From contig PAQA01000060.1 of NCBI GenBank assembly GCA_002709155.1, forward strand, positions 1 to 54,092: a stretch of DNA of 54,092 nt, in the 5' to 3' direction. The position numbers were made by a program, and so were the translations under genes. Positions 32,229 to 41,912 of the stretch are shown one piece after another. The first letter of the stretch is position 1; each line of letters begins with the position of its first letter. The stretch is from Rhodospirillaceae bacterium. Its GTDB lineage: Bacteria; Pseudomonadota; Alphaproteobacteria; Thalassobaculales; Thalassobaculaceae. The notes under the pieces were generated by a model. It searched no databases, was not told the DNA's origin, and saw nothing but the letters and a program-made list of their open reading frames with translations.

Positions 32229-32627
32229 ATGACTGATCAAAAGAAAGTGTTCCCAACGCCTATAGCCGACCCAGATACTGAGCAGTTCTGGTCCGCGGCC
32301 AAAGATCACAAGCTGATGATAGGTAGCTGTAAGTCGTGTGGCGAAAAGTATTATTATCCAAGGGGTATGTGCCCGCATTGCGGGGGATCGGATGTCGAAC
32401 TAGTCCAATCCTCGGGCAAGGGAGAGATTTATTCTTGGAGTGTTCTAAGACGCGCTGAACCGCCGTTTGCAATCGCGTACGTGACGCTAGATGAAGGGCC
32501 AACAATGATGACTAATATCATTGATTGCGATTTAGATAATTTAAAAATTGGACAAAGGGTAGAACTGAAATTTTCTCCGACAGAAGAAGAGAATGGAGCT
32601 CCTGTCCCAACATTCAAACCTGTTTAA
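32229..32627 (+). CDS. DUF35 Zn-ribbon/OB-fold protein (thiolase partner)
   Basis: 132 aa. CKSCGEKYYYPRGMCPHCG rubredoxin-like knuckle followed by an OB fold. Starts 4 nt after the thiolase gene. Confidence 0.8.
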   Translation: MTDQKKVFPTPIADPDTEQFWSAAKDHKLMIGSCKSCGEKYYYPRGMCPHCGGSDVELVQSSGKGEIYSWSVLRRAEPPFAIAYVTLDEGPTMMTNIIDCDLDNLKIGQRVELKFSPTEEENGAPVPTFKPV

Positions 32628-32660
32628 TTGATTTTTGTGAAAAAATTAAAACGTTCTAGG

Positions 32661-34088
32661 TCATTTCTGGGACGTTTTAATTTTAGTCTTTTTCACCAAG
32701 TTAGCCGCTGATTGCCCTGCCAAATACCCAAGGCTAGCTGCCATTAGCAGACCGTTACCCGATAAATAACCCTCTACGCCTTTTCCGGAAACACCAACCG
32801 CAGCGCCGCCTGCAGCAAAAAGGTTAGGTAAAGCGCTGCCATTTTTCCTTAAAACTCTCGCCTCAGTATCAACCGCAAGTCCTCCTTGGGTGTGAAACAA
32901 AGCCCCTGTAACTTTCACTCCGTAATATGGAGGTCCATTTAAGCCAACCGTTTCCTGAAATTTTCTTCCAAATGGGCAGTGCTTTTTCCCGCTTTTAAAT
33001 GCCTCGACATCTTCTATTGAACTCGCGACAACCTCAGCAGAAACGCCAATGCCATTAGCTAATTCATCAATCGAAGCAAAACGCTTGATTGCTCCATTTT
33101 CAGAGGCTCCCTTATAGTCATCAAATTCGAGACCAAGTTGGTGTAAACGCTGATCATAAATATTCCAGGCGATTCCACCCGGTTGTTGTAAAACTTTTAT
33201 AGATTGTTCAGAATATCCCTCATGTTCGTTAGAGAAGCGTCTACCACGAGAGTTCAATTGGATGCCGCCCTCCATCATTATAGCCCAAGTGATTAAGGCC
33301 CCATGAGGGATAGCCACAGATCCATGACCTTGATACGCCGCCATATTTTCAACGCCAGCACCGAGTTCCAGTCCCCAGTTTATTGCATCACCCAAATTAC
33401 CCTGATGTCCAAAGTACATAGCGTCTGCCATCTCTGGAATGTATTTAGACACCATGCCAGGGTTCCCCCCAAAACCATTACAAGCTAATATTAAGCTTTC
33501 ACAGCCTATATCTTCACTTGAACCATCAGGTCTTAAAATCCTAATGCCGACAATTTCACTATTTTCTGAAGCAAATATATCAGTTACGGTAGCTGAATTC
33601 ATGATATCTATCCCGGCCCGAGCAACAGCAGTGACCAGGCTATCTATGAATGCTTTACCTGTCCTTTTAGGATGGCAATGCATTCGGTGCACACTATGGC
33701 CGGGGTAAAGAAAACCTTCTATCAAGTCGAAGTTTTGTTCATGATTATCCGCTAGCCAATGTAACACCTCCCCCGATACCAGACATGATCTGTGAACTAA
33801 ATGCTCATCCGCCTGCCCCTTATTTTTGCGTTTAATATCCTGGGAAAAAATTTCTACATTATCAATGACCTTGGCTGCGACTTGCCAGCGCGTATTGCAT
33901 GCGGGGATCAGACCCGAGGATAAAGCAGTTGAACCACTTGGATTTGCATCTCTCTCTACTATTAAGACCTGTGTGCCGTTGTCCTGCGCGGCCAAACCAG
34001 CTATTAAACCAGCCGCTCCTGCTCCAACAACAACAACAGGTATACTTATGTCAAATTGGCCATAACGACCTCGTATAACGTGGTTCAT
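32661..34088 (-). CDS. FAD-dependent oxidoreductase (fumarate-reductase/KstD/TcuA-type flavoprotein)
   Basis: VVVVGAGAAGLIAGLAAQDNG..VLIVER..PSGST dinucleotide fold and C-terminal LFAAGGAA motif. 4-nt overlap with the upstream gene. Confidence 0.8.
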   Translation of the reverse strand: MNHVIRGRYGQFDISIPVVVVGAGAAGLIAGLAAQDNGTQVLIVERDANPSGSTALSSGLIPACNTRWQVAAKVIDNVEIFSQDIKRKNKGQADEHLVHRSCLVSGEVLHWLADNHEQNFDLIEGFLYPGHSVHRMHCHPKRTGKAFIDSLVTAVARAGIDIMNSATVTDIFASENSEIVGIRILRPDGSSEDIGCESLILACNGFGGNPGMVSKYIPEMADAMYFGHQGNLGDAINWGLELGAGVENMAAYQGHGSVAIPHGALITWAIMMEGGIQLNSRGRRFSNEHEGYSEQSIKVLQQPGGIAWNIYDQRLHQLGLEFDDYKGASENGAIKRFASIDELANGIGVSAEVVASSIEDVEAFKSGKKHCPFGRKFQETVGLNGPPYYGVKVTGALFHTQGGLAVDTEARVLRKNGSALPNLFAAGGAAVGVSGKGVEGYLSGNGLLMAASLGYLAGQSAANLVKKTKIKTSQK

Positions 34089-34702
34089 TTTGCGATACCT
34101 GAAACAAACTCCTCACAGGTGGTTATTGTAGTAACCGGTTCTAAGGCTTTTATTGCTGTATCATGTGTGTCAATATCAAATGCAGCACATCCATCTGCCA
34201 GCAGGATTGTAGAGAAATCTCTTACATGTGCGTCCCTTAAAGTCGAAGCCACGCCACCATTTGTAACAATGCCTGAAAAAATTAAAGTATCCACATTGAT
34301 CTTTCTAAGATACCACTCTAATCTACTCATATAAAATGCTGAAAATGCTACCTTTTCTATCTTTTCATCGCTTGGCTTCAAGGGATCAAAAAGGTCGTGC
34401 CCCCACCCTCCCGACTGAAAATCACCTTTTGCCAAAAAGGGTCTAACAGTCCTGAGATGATCCGAGATCAATGGCTCCCCATCGCGTCCTGGGACAAGTG
34501 TAAAATGAGTTGAAACAATCGAACACCCCACCTTACGCATAGCCTCAATTACACCCCTCATACGCCCAGGAACTGCCGCTATTTCTGGAGATGTAACACC
34601 ACTTCTTCCATACGCTCCTTTTGGATGCAAAAAGTCATTCTGAAGATCGCATAAAATTAGAGCTGTTTTTTGCAAATTTAACCTATTTAAATCAATAGTC
34701 AT
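34085..34702 (-). CDS. Isochorismatase-fold protein lacking the nucleophilic Cys
   Basis: ALILCDLQNDF (Asp) and KVAFSAF (Lys) are present, but the T-x-x-C-V position reads TNGGV. Confidence 0.75.
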   Translation of the reverse strand: MTIDLNRLNLQKTALILCDLQNDFLHPKGAYGRSGVTSPEIAAVPGRMRGVIEAMRKVGCSIVSTHFTLVPGRDGEPLISDHLRTVRPFLAKGDFQSGGWGHDLFDPLKPSDEKIEKVAFSAFYMSRLEWYLRKINVDTLIFSGIVTNGGVASTLRDAHVRDFSTILLADGCAAFDIDTHDTAIKALEPVTTITTCEEFVSGIAK

Positions 34703-36759
34703 GGTTTTATCACTATTCGAAAATTTCCAAATTTATCAACCACCCCAGTCGCATCATGCTCCAAAAATATTGTAGTGTCTGGTTGCTCAAGAATAGCAGG
34801 TCCATCGATTGCGGCCGCAACTGGCAAATCAAGCCTGTTATATATAGTTACCTCCACCCAATTTTTATTTATGTATACCTGTCTCTTTTCTTTTATGGCA
34901 TTTTCAACCTTAGCATTTTTTGAGGGAGCCAAGACGGATAAATCAAAACGTGGACGCTCTCCTATTACTGCGACCCTTACGTTCATTATTTTTATTCCCA
35001 ATCCTTCTAATAAACGCCCAAACTGCAGCTTATAACTTTCATCAAAAGCCTTCTTAATAACTTTTTTAGTAACATTGCTAGTCCCATTTTCAATTGATAC
35101 GGGCAAAACAACCGAGATAGTATGGGTTTGACCTACATAGAGCATATCAAGTTCAATTTGATCTGCACGGCTGTCAAAAATCCCACCTGCATTGTCGAGA
35201 ACCGCATGACCTTCAGTTCTTCTTCGAACTATTTCTTCATCTAATAAAATTATATCAAGATCGTCTAATGTTTTGTTAATAGTTTGAACCTGGTCATGCC
35301 TCATATCTGCGATCACACAACCAAGAGCACTAGTTATACCGGGAAAGCGTGGAACCAAAGCACAAGACAAACCGACCTCACGGATTAGAGCGCCTGCATG
35401 CAAAGATCCACCTCCGCCAAAAGGCATCGCAGCGAATATACTTGGATCATGCCCTCGTTCGACCGACACAAGCCTTATTGCACTGGCCATTTTTGCGTTG
35501 GCCACCCTCAATATTGCTTCAGCCGCATCCATTACGTCTATTCCTAAGGGCTTGGCTATGTGAAAATTGATTGCATCACGAGCAGCATTAACATCCAATC
35601 GTTCTAATCTCCCACCAATTGGACTTGCTGGATTGATTCTACCCAAAACGACATTTGCATCTGTCACAGTCGGGGTTTTTGTTCCCAAACCATAACAAAC
35701 AGGTCCGGGGTCCGAGCCAGCCGACTCCGGACCAACTTGCAGTAGACCGCCAGCGTCAAGTCTGGCAATTGAACCACCACCGGCACCAATAGTAATGATC
35801 TCCACCATGGGCGATCGTACTACCATGCCAAAATCAATCGATGTCTGCGCTGAGAGTTTACTGTGACCGTCTGATATCAAAGAAACGTCAAAGCTTGTTC
35901 CTCCCATATCACAGCTAACAATATTTGGATAACCGGCGTTCATTCCAATATACGATGCAGCTATGACGCCTGCCGCAGGCCCAGATAACGCAGTTTTTAT
36001 CGGTAGAACTTTTGCATTATCTACGGACATGACACCGCCATTTGATTGTACTATTAATACCTGACCTAAAAAACCTCTGTTGGTAAGCTTTTCTTCCAAA
36101 GCTCCAAGATAATGACTCAAAACGGGCTGTAAGACCGCGTTTAATGTCGCTGTAGATGCCCTCTCAAACTCCCGAATCTCTGGTAAAATTTCGCTTGATA
36201 CCGTGATATGTTCATTAGGCCAAATATCTTGAATAGCATCTTTAGCAATTTTTTCATTCTCATCATTTGCGTACGAATTAATAAATATTATAGATAAAGC
36301 TTCACAACCATCCTCTATTAATTTTCTTGCCGTTTCTTTTATTTCATCAATATTTACAAGTTCTCTAACTGTACCATCTGCCAGAACCCGCTCTCTTACC
36401 TCTAACCGCAAATCTCTAGGAACTATGGGTTTAAATTCACCCCATAAACCCCAGGTATTAGGTCGATCTCTCCGACGCATTTCAAGAACATCTTTGAAAC
36501 CCTTAGATGTTATTACACCAGTTTTTGCACCCTTCCGCTCCAATAAAGCATTGGTAGCAACAGTTGTTCCATGAATGATCGTAGCAACATTCGATAGTTC
36601 ATCTATCTCACTCTGAATACCATTAAGAAATCCCACTGATTGATCTTTAGGCGTAGTTGGAACTTTAGCTACAGAAACCGAACTACTAGTCTCATCCAAT
36701 ATAAAAACGTCGGTAAATGTCCCCCCAACGTCAACGCCGACAATAAGGTTTTTACTCAT
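34699..36759 (-). CDS. hyuA: Hydantoinase A/oxoprolinase-family subunit (pair 2)
   Basis: 686 aa. GVDVGGTFTD, HGTTVATNALLERKG and DMGGTSFDV motifs. Confidence 0.9.
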   Translation of the reverse strand: MSKNLIVGVDVGGTFTDVFILDETSSSVSVAKVPTTPKDQSVGFLNGIQSEIDELSNVATIIHGTTVATNALLERKGAKTGVITSKGFKDVLEMRRRDRPNTWGLWGEFKPIVPRDLRLEVRERVLADGTVRELVNIDEIKETARKLIEDGCEALSIIFINSYANDENEKIAKDAIQDIWPNEHITVSSEILPEIREFERASTATLNAVLQPVLSHYLGALEEKLTNRGFLGQVLIVQSNGGVMSVDNAKVLPIKTALSGPAAGVIAASYIGMNAGYPNIVSCDMGGTSFDVSLISDGHSKLSAQTSIDFGMVVRSPMVEIITIGAGGGSIARLDAGGLLQVGPESAGSDPGPVCYGLGTKTPTVTDANVVLGRINPASPIGGRLERLDVNAARDAINFHIAKPLGIDVMDAAEAILRVANAKMASAIRLVSVERGHDPSIFAAMPFGGGGSLHAGALIREVGLSCALVPRFPGITSALGCVIADMRHDQVQTINKTLDDLDIILLDEEIVRRRTEGHAVLDNAGGIFDSRADQIELDMLYVGQTHTISVVLPVSIENGTSNVTKKVIKKAFDESYKLQFGRLLEGLGIKIMNVRVAVIGERPRFDLSVLAPSKNAKVENAIKEKRQVYINKNWVEVTIYNRLDLPVAAAIDGPAILEQPDTTIFLEHDATGVVDKFGNFRIVIKP

Positions 36760-38501
36760 GGCATTGTTTCAACTTTTAGAGTTCTATTTCGTTTGACTTG
36801 TGTCGCGAGAACGTCAATTTCTCCATCGGGCCCCAATTCTACTCCGTATTCTTTCGAGGCATTTTCAGGACTTATATATCCGAGCCGAATATCTTCGGTT
36901 ATGGCGTCTATTGACCTTAGTAGAGGATCTCCATAACCGCCTCCACCGGGGGTTTCTAGCCTCACAGCTTGCCCATTCATCAACTGTATTCCAACCATTT
37001 TCGATCCCATAGGCGGTGTTGAGTCGCCCTCATTTTGTTCGAAATAAAATTCATTTAGAGCCGCTGACTTGCCCCCCAGCACACCAGGGGGAGCGTATTT
37101 TGCGCGTTCACCGAAAATGAAACCTTCTGCCGATTTTTCAAGTAATTCAATTTCATAGACAGCACCCAAACCGCCCCGGTTTTTACCCGCACCGCCACTA
37201 TCTGCTCTCAAAGCCCATTGCCGAAACATGACCGGATAGGCTGCCTCCAGGATTTCTAACGGGGGAATCGTTGCTGTTGAAATGGGCGCATTTCCATGGC
37301 TCAATCCGTCGCCCTTCGGATGACCTCCATGACCTCCACCAAAAAATGAGAACATCACCCAACGTCGGCCATCTTCTCTATAGCCCGCCAATGACAATGC
37401 ATTTATGGTCCCATATGCGCAACCATTTGTGAGTTCTGGCGCGGCTTCAGCCATTGCTTGAAAAACAAGATCAATGAGCCTTAAAATTGTTTCTGTATAG
37501 CCACCTACCGGTCGTGGCGCTTTTACCGATAATATAGACTCTTCTGGAATGATAAATTCGATTGAGTCTAGCACTCCAGAATTGGCTGGCACCTCTGGAA
37601 ACACATGTTTCATAGCAACATAGCACGCGGCAATCGTTGTTGACCTCGATATATTTACAGGACCAAGGCACGCAAGCGATGAACCTCTGAAATCCAACGT
37701 CATCTGATTTCCAGCTATGCGAATTTTCAATTCCAGTTTTAATGGTTTATCAATTATACCATCATTATCCAGCCAATCGACCGCCCCGTATACACCATCT
37801 GGCAATTTCTCAATGTAAGATTGCATTAATTTATTCGCACGCCGTCGTAGTTCAGACATTGCGTTAAAAACAACATCGTCACCGTATTCGTCTAAAAGTT
37901 CGTTAATCCGGTTTAATCCCAACTCTAGGGCGTTTATCTGACCGTTTAAGTCTCCATATAAACTTCCAGGAAGTCGTGAATTCGCCAGCATTATATCAAT
38001 TATATCCTGACGCAACTTTCCTTTTTCATATAATTTAACGGGCGGAATCAAAACACCTTCCTGAAAACTCTCCGTCGCTGCTGGATTATAATTACCCGGG
38101 ACATTTCCACCGACGTCATGATAGTGACCTACAGACGCTATGAAGCAGAACACACTTCCATTTCGGTATATAGGTTTTACCAACCGAAAGTCCGATAAAT
38201 GAGTTCCGCCATCGTATGGGTCGTTGAAGATATAAACATCTCCCTCGCACATATCAGAGTCTTTTTCAGCTTTCTCAATGACTGCTTTTACTGCAAAAGA
38301 CATTGCACCAACAAAAATTGGAAGGCCCGATTTACCTTGAACTAAAGTTTCACCGGTTTTCCCGTCATACAATCCATGACTGGCATCATGCGCTTCTGCG
38401 ATAATAGGATTGAAAGCACTCCGAAATAAAGTGGCGTCCATTTCATCGGCAATCTGTTCTAGACGACCGTTTAAAACTGCAAGTGTTACAGGGTCAATCA
38501 A
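36756..38501 (-). CDS. hyuB: Hydantoinase B/oxoprolinase-family subunit (pair 2)
   Basis: 581 aa. DPVTLAVLNGRLEQIADEMD..., FNDPYDGGTHLSD and GGGGYGDP motifs. TTG start overlaps the upstream stop by 8 nt. Confidence 0.85.
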   Translation of the reverse strand: MIDPVTLAVLNGRLEQIADEMDATLFRSAFNPIIAEAHDASHGLYDGKTGETLVQGKSGLPIFVGAMSFAVKAVIEKAEKDSDMCEGDVYIFNDPYDGGTHLSDFRLVKPIYRNGSVFCFIASVGHYHDVGGNVPGNYNPAATESFQEGVLIPPVKLYEKGKLRQDIIDIMLANSRLPGSLYGDLNGQINALELGLNRINELLDEYGDDVVFNAMSELRRRANKLMQSYIEKLPDGVYGAVDWLDNDGIIDKPLKLELKIRIAGNQMTLDFRGSSLACLGPVNISRSTTIAACYVAMKHVFPEVPANSGVLDSIEFIIPEESILSVKAPRPVGGYTETILRLIDLVFQAMAEAAPELTNGCAYGTINALSLAGYREDGRRWVMFSFFGGGHGGHPKGDGLSHGNAPISTATIPPLEILEAAYPVMFRQWALRADSGGAGKNRGGLGAVYEIELLEKSAEGFIFGERAKYAPPGVLGGKSAALNEFYFEQNEGDSTPPMGSKMVGIQLMNGQAVRLETPGGGGYGDPLLRSIDAITEDIRLGYISPENASKEYGVELGPDGEIDVLATQVKRNRTLKVETMP

Positions 38502-39405
38502 TGTTGCTATCTCTTTGATCAGCGTACTGCTCTCCTAAGGCCAGCATCTCCGGTGTTCCAATAAGAGAATTAAATTCTGTAAAGTCAAACATTCGGTTCT
38601 TCCAATTGGCAGTTGAACCTGTCTCTTTTAAATTCGCCATGTATTCTTGCATCACAAAAGAAATAGCCCGGACAGTCCCACCTGGGAAGATTACTATCGA
38701 ATACCCTAGTGACGCCAAATCATCAGCCCCTGACACTGGGGTTTTCCCACCCTCTACCATGTTAGCTAATAAAGGTGCTCTATTTTTGAATTGTGAGTTC
38801 ATTTTAATCATTTGATCTCTATTTTCGGGCGCCTCTATAAAGAGAACATCCGCTCCTGCCTCACTATATTCTTCAGCCCGATCTAGAGCAGATTGAAACC
38901 CTTCAACCGCGATTGCATCTGTACGAGCGATTATTAGCGTTTCTTCACTCCTTCTGGTGTCAACAGCTGCCTTTAATTTGCCCACCATTTCACTTGACGA
39001 AACTAACGATTTACCAGTCAAATGACCGCACCGTTTTGGGAGGCTCTGGTCCTCTAACTGAATTGCCGAAGCCCCTGCCCTCTCAAATTCTTTTACCGTT
39101 CTAATCACATTCAATGCATTACCGTATCCTGTATCGCCATCAACTATCATATCTACATCAATACGCTCTCTTATAGCGGTAACTGCATCCGCTACCTCCC
39201 TCATACCAATCAAACCAATATCTGGTCGTCCATATCTTGTATAAGCGAGTGAAGCGCCCGACAGATAGACAGTTTCAAAACCCGCCTGTTGCACAAAAAG
39301 GCCGGAAAGAGCATCATAAATTCCTGGGGCAACAATTATCTCTTTGCCATCAAGTCGTTCTTTTAATCCTTTAAGATTATGTTTATTTCCCACACGACAC
39401 TCCAA
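38494..39405 (-). CDS. Isocitrate-lyase/PEP-mutase superfamily lyase (methylisocitrate/dimethylmalate-lyase-like)
   Basis: PGIYDALSG..AGF, DGDTGYG and EDQSLPKRCGHLTGK (lyase-type K-R-C-G-H signature). The start is uncertain: TTG at 39405, or GTG at 39393 preceded by GGAG. Confidence 0.8.
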   Translation of the reverse strand: MECRVGNKHNLKGLKERLDGKEIIVAPGIYDALSGLFVQQAGFETVYLSGASLAYTRYGRPDIGLIGMREVADAVTAIRERIDVDMIVDGDTGYGNALNVIRTVKEFERAGASAIQLEDQSLPKRCGHLTGKSLVSSSEMVGKLKAAVDTRRSEETLIIARTDAIAVEGFQSALDRAEEYSEAGADVLFIEAPENRDQMIKMNSQFKNRAPLLANMVEGGKTPVSGADDLASLGYSIVIFPGGTVRAISFVMQEYMANLKETGSTANWKNRMFDFTEFNSLIGTPEMLALGEQYADQRDSNID

Positions 39406-39441
39406 ATTTATTATGTATGATAAAATTTATTATGTATGATA
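39404..39441. repeat. Perfect 19-bp tandem duplication (AAATTTATTATGTATGATA x2)
   Basis: Read directly. Unit 1 is 39404-39422 and unit 2 is 39423-39441, at the 5' edge of the five-gene operon. Confidence 0.9.
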
Positions 39442-39822
39442 AACTACGCTATTTTGTATAATTACCTTAACAATTGAAATAATCAAAATAGTTATGTGAT
39501 ACAATCGTATCTACCTTACACCATGAAAAAAGTATCTGTATTCCAGCTGCTAGCTGAAATTTTTCATAACAATCTACCAGTGGATTAGTCCGAGCAGTGA
39601 CTTAGCTTTTTTTCATAAATCAAACAGCCTAATTATCTGGTTCTTTATATGGTCAAGGTCCACTTTAGTTTTTTGATATTATTGCGGACGATAGGCTCTC
39701 AAGAATAGAAGTCTCGAATAATTTAAGTAAGTTGTTTTGATGATTGAATTATATTTGGTAAAATTTAGAACGCATAATATAACTCAGTGTACCGTTATTT
39801 GCACTAACGTGGGACGTTTTAA

Positions 39823-41910
39823 ATGATCAGAGTAGCATTTGATATTGGAGGCACGTTTACCGACTTTGTTTTAGAAGATGACATTAAAAACTTTGCCTAT
39901 TTTCTCAAGGTGCCGAGCACTCCCTATGATCCCGGAGCTGCCGTCCTAAATGGGTTGGAAAAATTACTAGGTGAAGCCCGACTTGAAAACACCTCTGTAA
40001 ACACCTTATTGCACGCCACAACGATCGCAACCAATGCCATTTTAGAACGGAAAGGAGCGGCCACCGGTCTGATAACAACTCAAGGGTTTAGGGATATTTT
40101 AATCATTGGGCGACAAAAGAGATATGAAACCTATGATCTCCACATCAACAAACCCAAACCTCTCATTCAACGTAGGCACATAACCGAGGTTGTTGAAAGA
40201 ACTGATTTCAATGGTTCGATTTCCAATCCCTTAGATATGACGTCTGTAGATAAGGCCATAGAAAAAATGGTATCCTCAAATCTTGAAGCGATAGCCGTTT
40301 CCTTGATTCATTCCTACGCCAATCCGAAAAATGAACAACTCATTCGCGATAGGATCTCAGAAAAAGCACCTAATCTATCGGTTTCAATCTCATCCGAAAT
40401 TTCACCTAAATTTCGCGAATACGAGCGAACTAATACAACCGCCGCTAACGCTTATGTTAAACCAATCGTAGGTCGTTACATTTCGGCGCTTGAAACCGCG
40501 TTGGCAGAACAAGACTTTGAAAATGACCTTTTTGTTATGCAATCCAGTGGGGGTTTAGTTTCAGCTAAAATTGCCAGAGACTATCCTATTCGTATTATCG
40601 AATCCGGTCCTGCAGCCGGCGTTTTAATGGGAGGTATTGTTGGAAAAAATATCGGTGAAAGACATGTGATTACTTTTGATATGGGTGGAACTACAGCAAA
40701 ACTTGGGGCAGTAGATGGCGGCATACCAGCGATTACCCCAACATTTGAAGTGGGCCATATCCGGTACAAAAAAGGCAGCGGATTGCCGATCAATGTTCCC
40801 GCGGTAGAACTACTTGAAATAGGAGCAGGTGGTGGATCAATTGCAAAAATCGAGTTTGGTATGATAGCTATCGGTCCCGAGAGCGCTGGAGCCGATCCGG
40901 GGCCAATTTGTTACGGTAAGGGAGGGACCCAACCAACGATTACTGATGCAAACGTTGTCCTAGGTTATATCTCAGGTGATTGGTTCAACGCGGGGGAGAT
41001 GCAGCTCAACATCAAGGCTGCACGTTCTGGAATCCTTGAAAATATTGCTAAGCCCTTAGGATTAACTTTAGAGCAGGCCGCTTGGGGTATTCACATGGTT
41101 GCCACTAATAATATGGAAAACGCTTTGCGTATTGTATCGGTAGAACGTGGTCGCGATCCGAGAGCTTATGCCATGGTAGCATTCGGTGGAGCAGGACCTC
41201 TTCACGCCTCCCGTCTTGCTCGTGGGATTGGAATACCAAAAGTCGTTATTCCGGCTGGTGCTGGGGTTGGGTCCGCGATAGGATTACTAGAAGCTGAACC
41301 AAGAATAGATGTATCCACAACACATGTGTTAAAGGTGTCTCCGGAAGTCTCAAGCACAATTCGGTCTATTTTCAATTCACTTGAACAAAGAGCTAATGAA
41401 GATATTCAGCGGCTAGCGGTCGCGGGTGTCACTAAGTGGTCTCGGTACGCATATATGAGGTATGTTGGACAGGGGTTTGAAGTTTTGGTTAATCTCCCAT
41501 CTGGAACAATAGATGAAAAGTATACAAACGCTATCATAAACGCTTTTAATTCGGCTTATTCAAAAAAACATAAATTTCTAGACAAAGACGCCATTGTAGA
41601 AGTAGTGGACTGGTCTCTGGTGGCTACAATTCAAGAGGAACGAACTAAAAATTCAATATATAATTCGTTACTTTCCGGGCAATCTCGTGAAAAAACCGTG
41701 CGACAAGTCTGGTTTCCTGAAGTAGACGGCTTTGTCGAAACAACGATCATTGATCGTCGATCACTATCTGCCAAGGATATAGTGATGGGACCCGCTGTTA
41801 TAGAAGATCCAGATAGCACCACACTTATTTTGCCTGGCGACAAAGTAACAATTCATGAACAAGGTCATTTGGTTATCGAAGTAACTCAAAAAGAACTGGC
41901 AAAGAATTGA
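39823..41910 (+). CDS. hyuA: Hydantoinase A/oxoprolinase-family subunit (pair 3)
   Basis: 695 aa. AFDIGGTFTD, HATTIATNAILERKG and DMGGTTAKL motifs. Confidence 0.9.
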   Translation: MIRVAFDIGGTFTDFVLEDDIKNFAYFLKVPSTPYDPGAAVLNGLEKLLGEARLENTSVNTLLHATTIATNAILERKGAATGLITTQGFRDILIIGRQKRYETYDLHINKPKPLIQRRHITEVVERTDFNGSISNPLDMTSVDKAIEKMVSSNLEAIAVSLIHSYANPKNEQLIRDRISEKAPNLSVSISSEISPKFREYERTNTTAANAYVKPIVGRYISALETALAEQDFENDLFVMQSSGGLVSAKIARDYPIRIIESGPAAGVLMGGIVGKNIGERHVITFDMGGTTAKLGAVDGGIPAITPTFEVGHIRYKKGSGLPINVPAVELLEIGAGGGSIAKIEFGMIAIGPESAGADPGPICYGKGGTQPTITDANVVLGYISGDWFNAGEMQLNIKAARSGILENIAKPLGLTLEQAAWGIHMVATNNMENALRIVSVERGRDPRAYAMVAFGGAGPLHASRLARGIGIPKVVIPAGAGVGSAIGLLEAEPRIDVSTTHVLKVSPEVSSTIRSIFNSLEQRANEDIQRLAVAGVTKWSRYAYMRYVGQGFEVLVNLPSGTIDEKYTNAIINAFNSAYSKKHKFLDKDAIVEVVDWSLVATIQEERTKNSIYNSLLSGQSREKTVRQVWFPEVDGFVETTIIDRRSLSAKDIVMGPAVIEDPDSTTLILPGDKVTIHEQGHLVIEVTQKELAKN

Positions 41911-41912
41911 AA

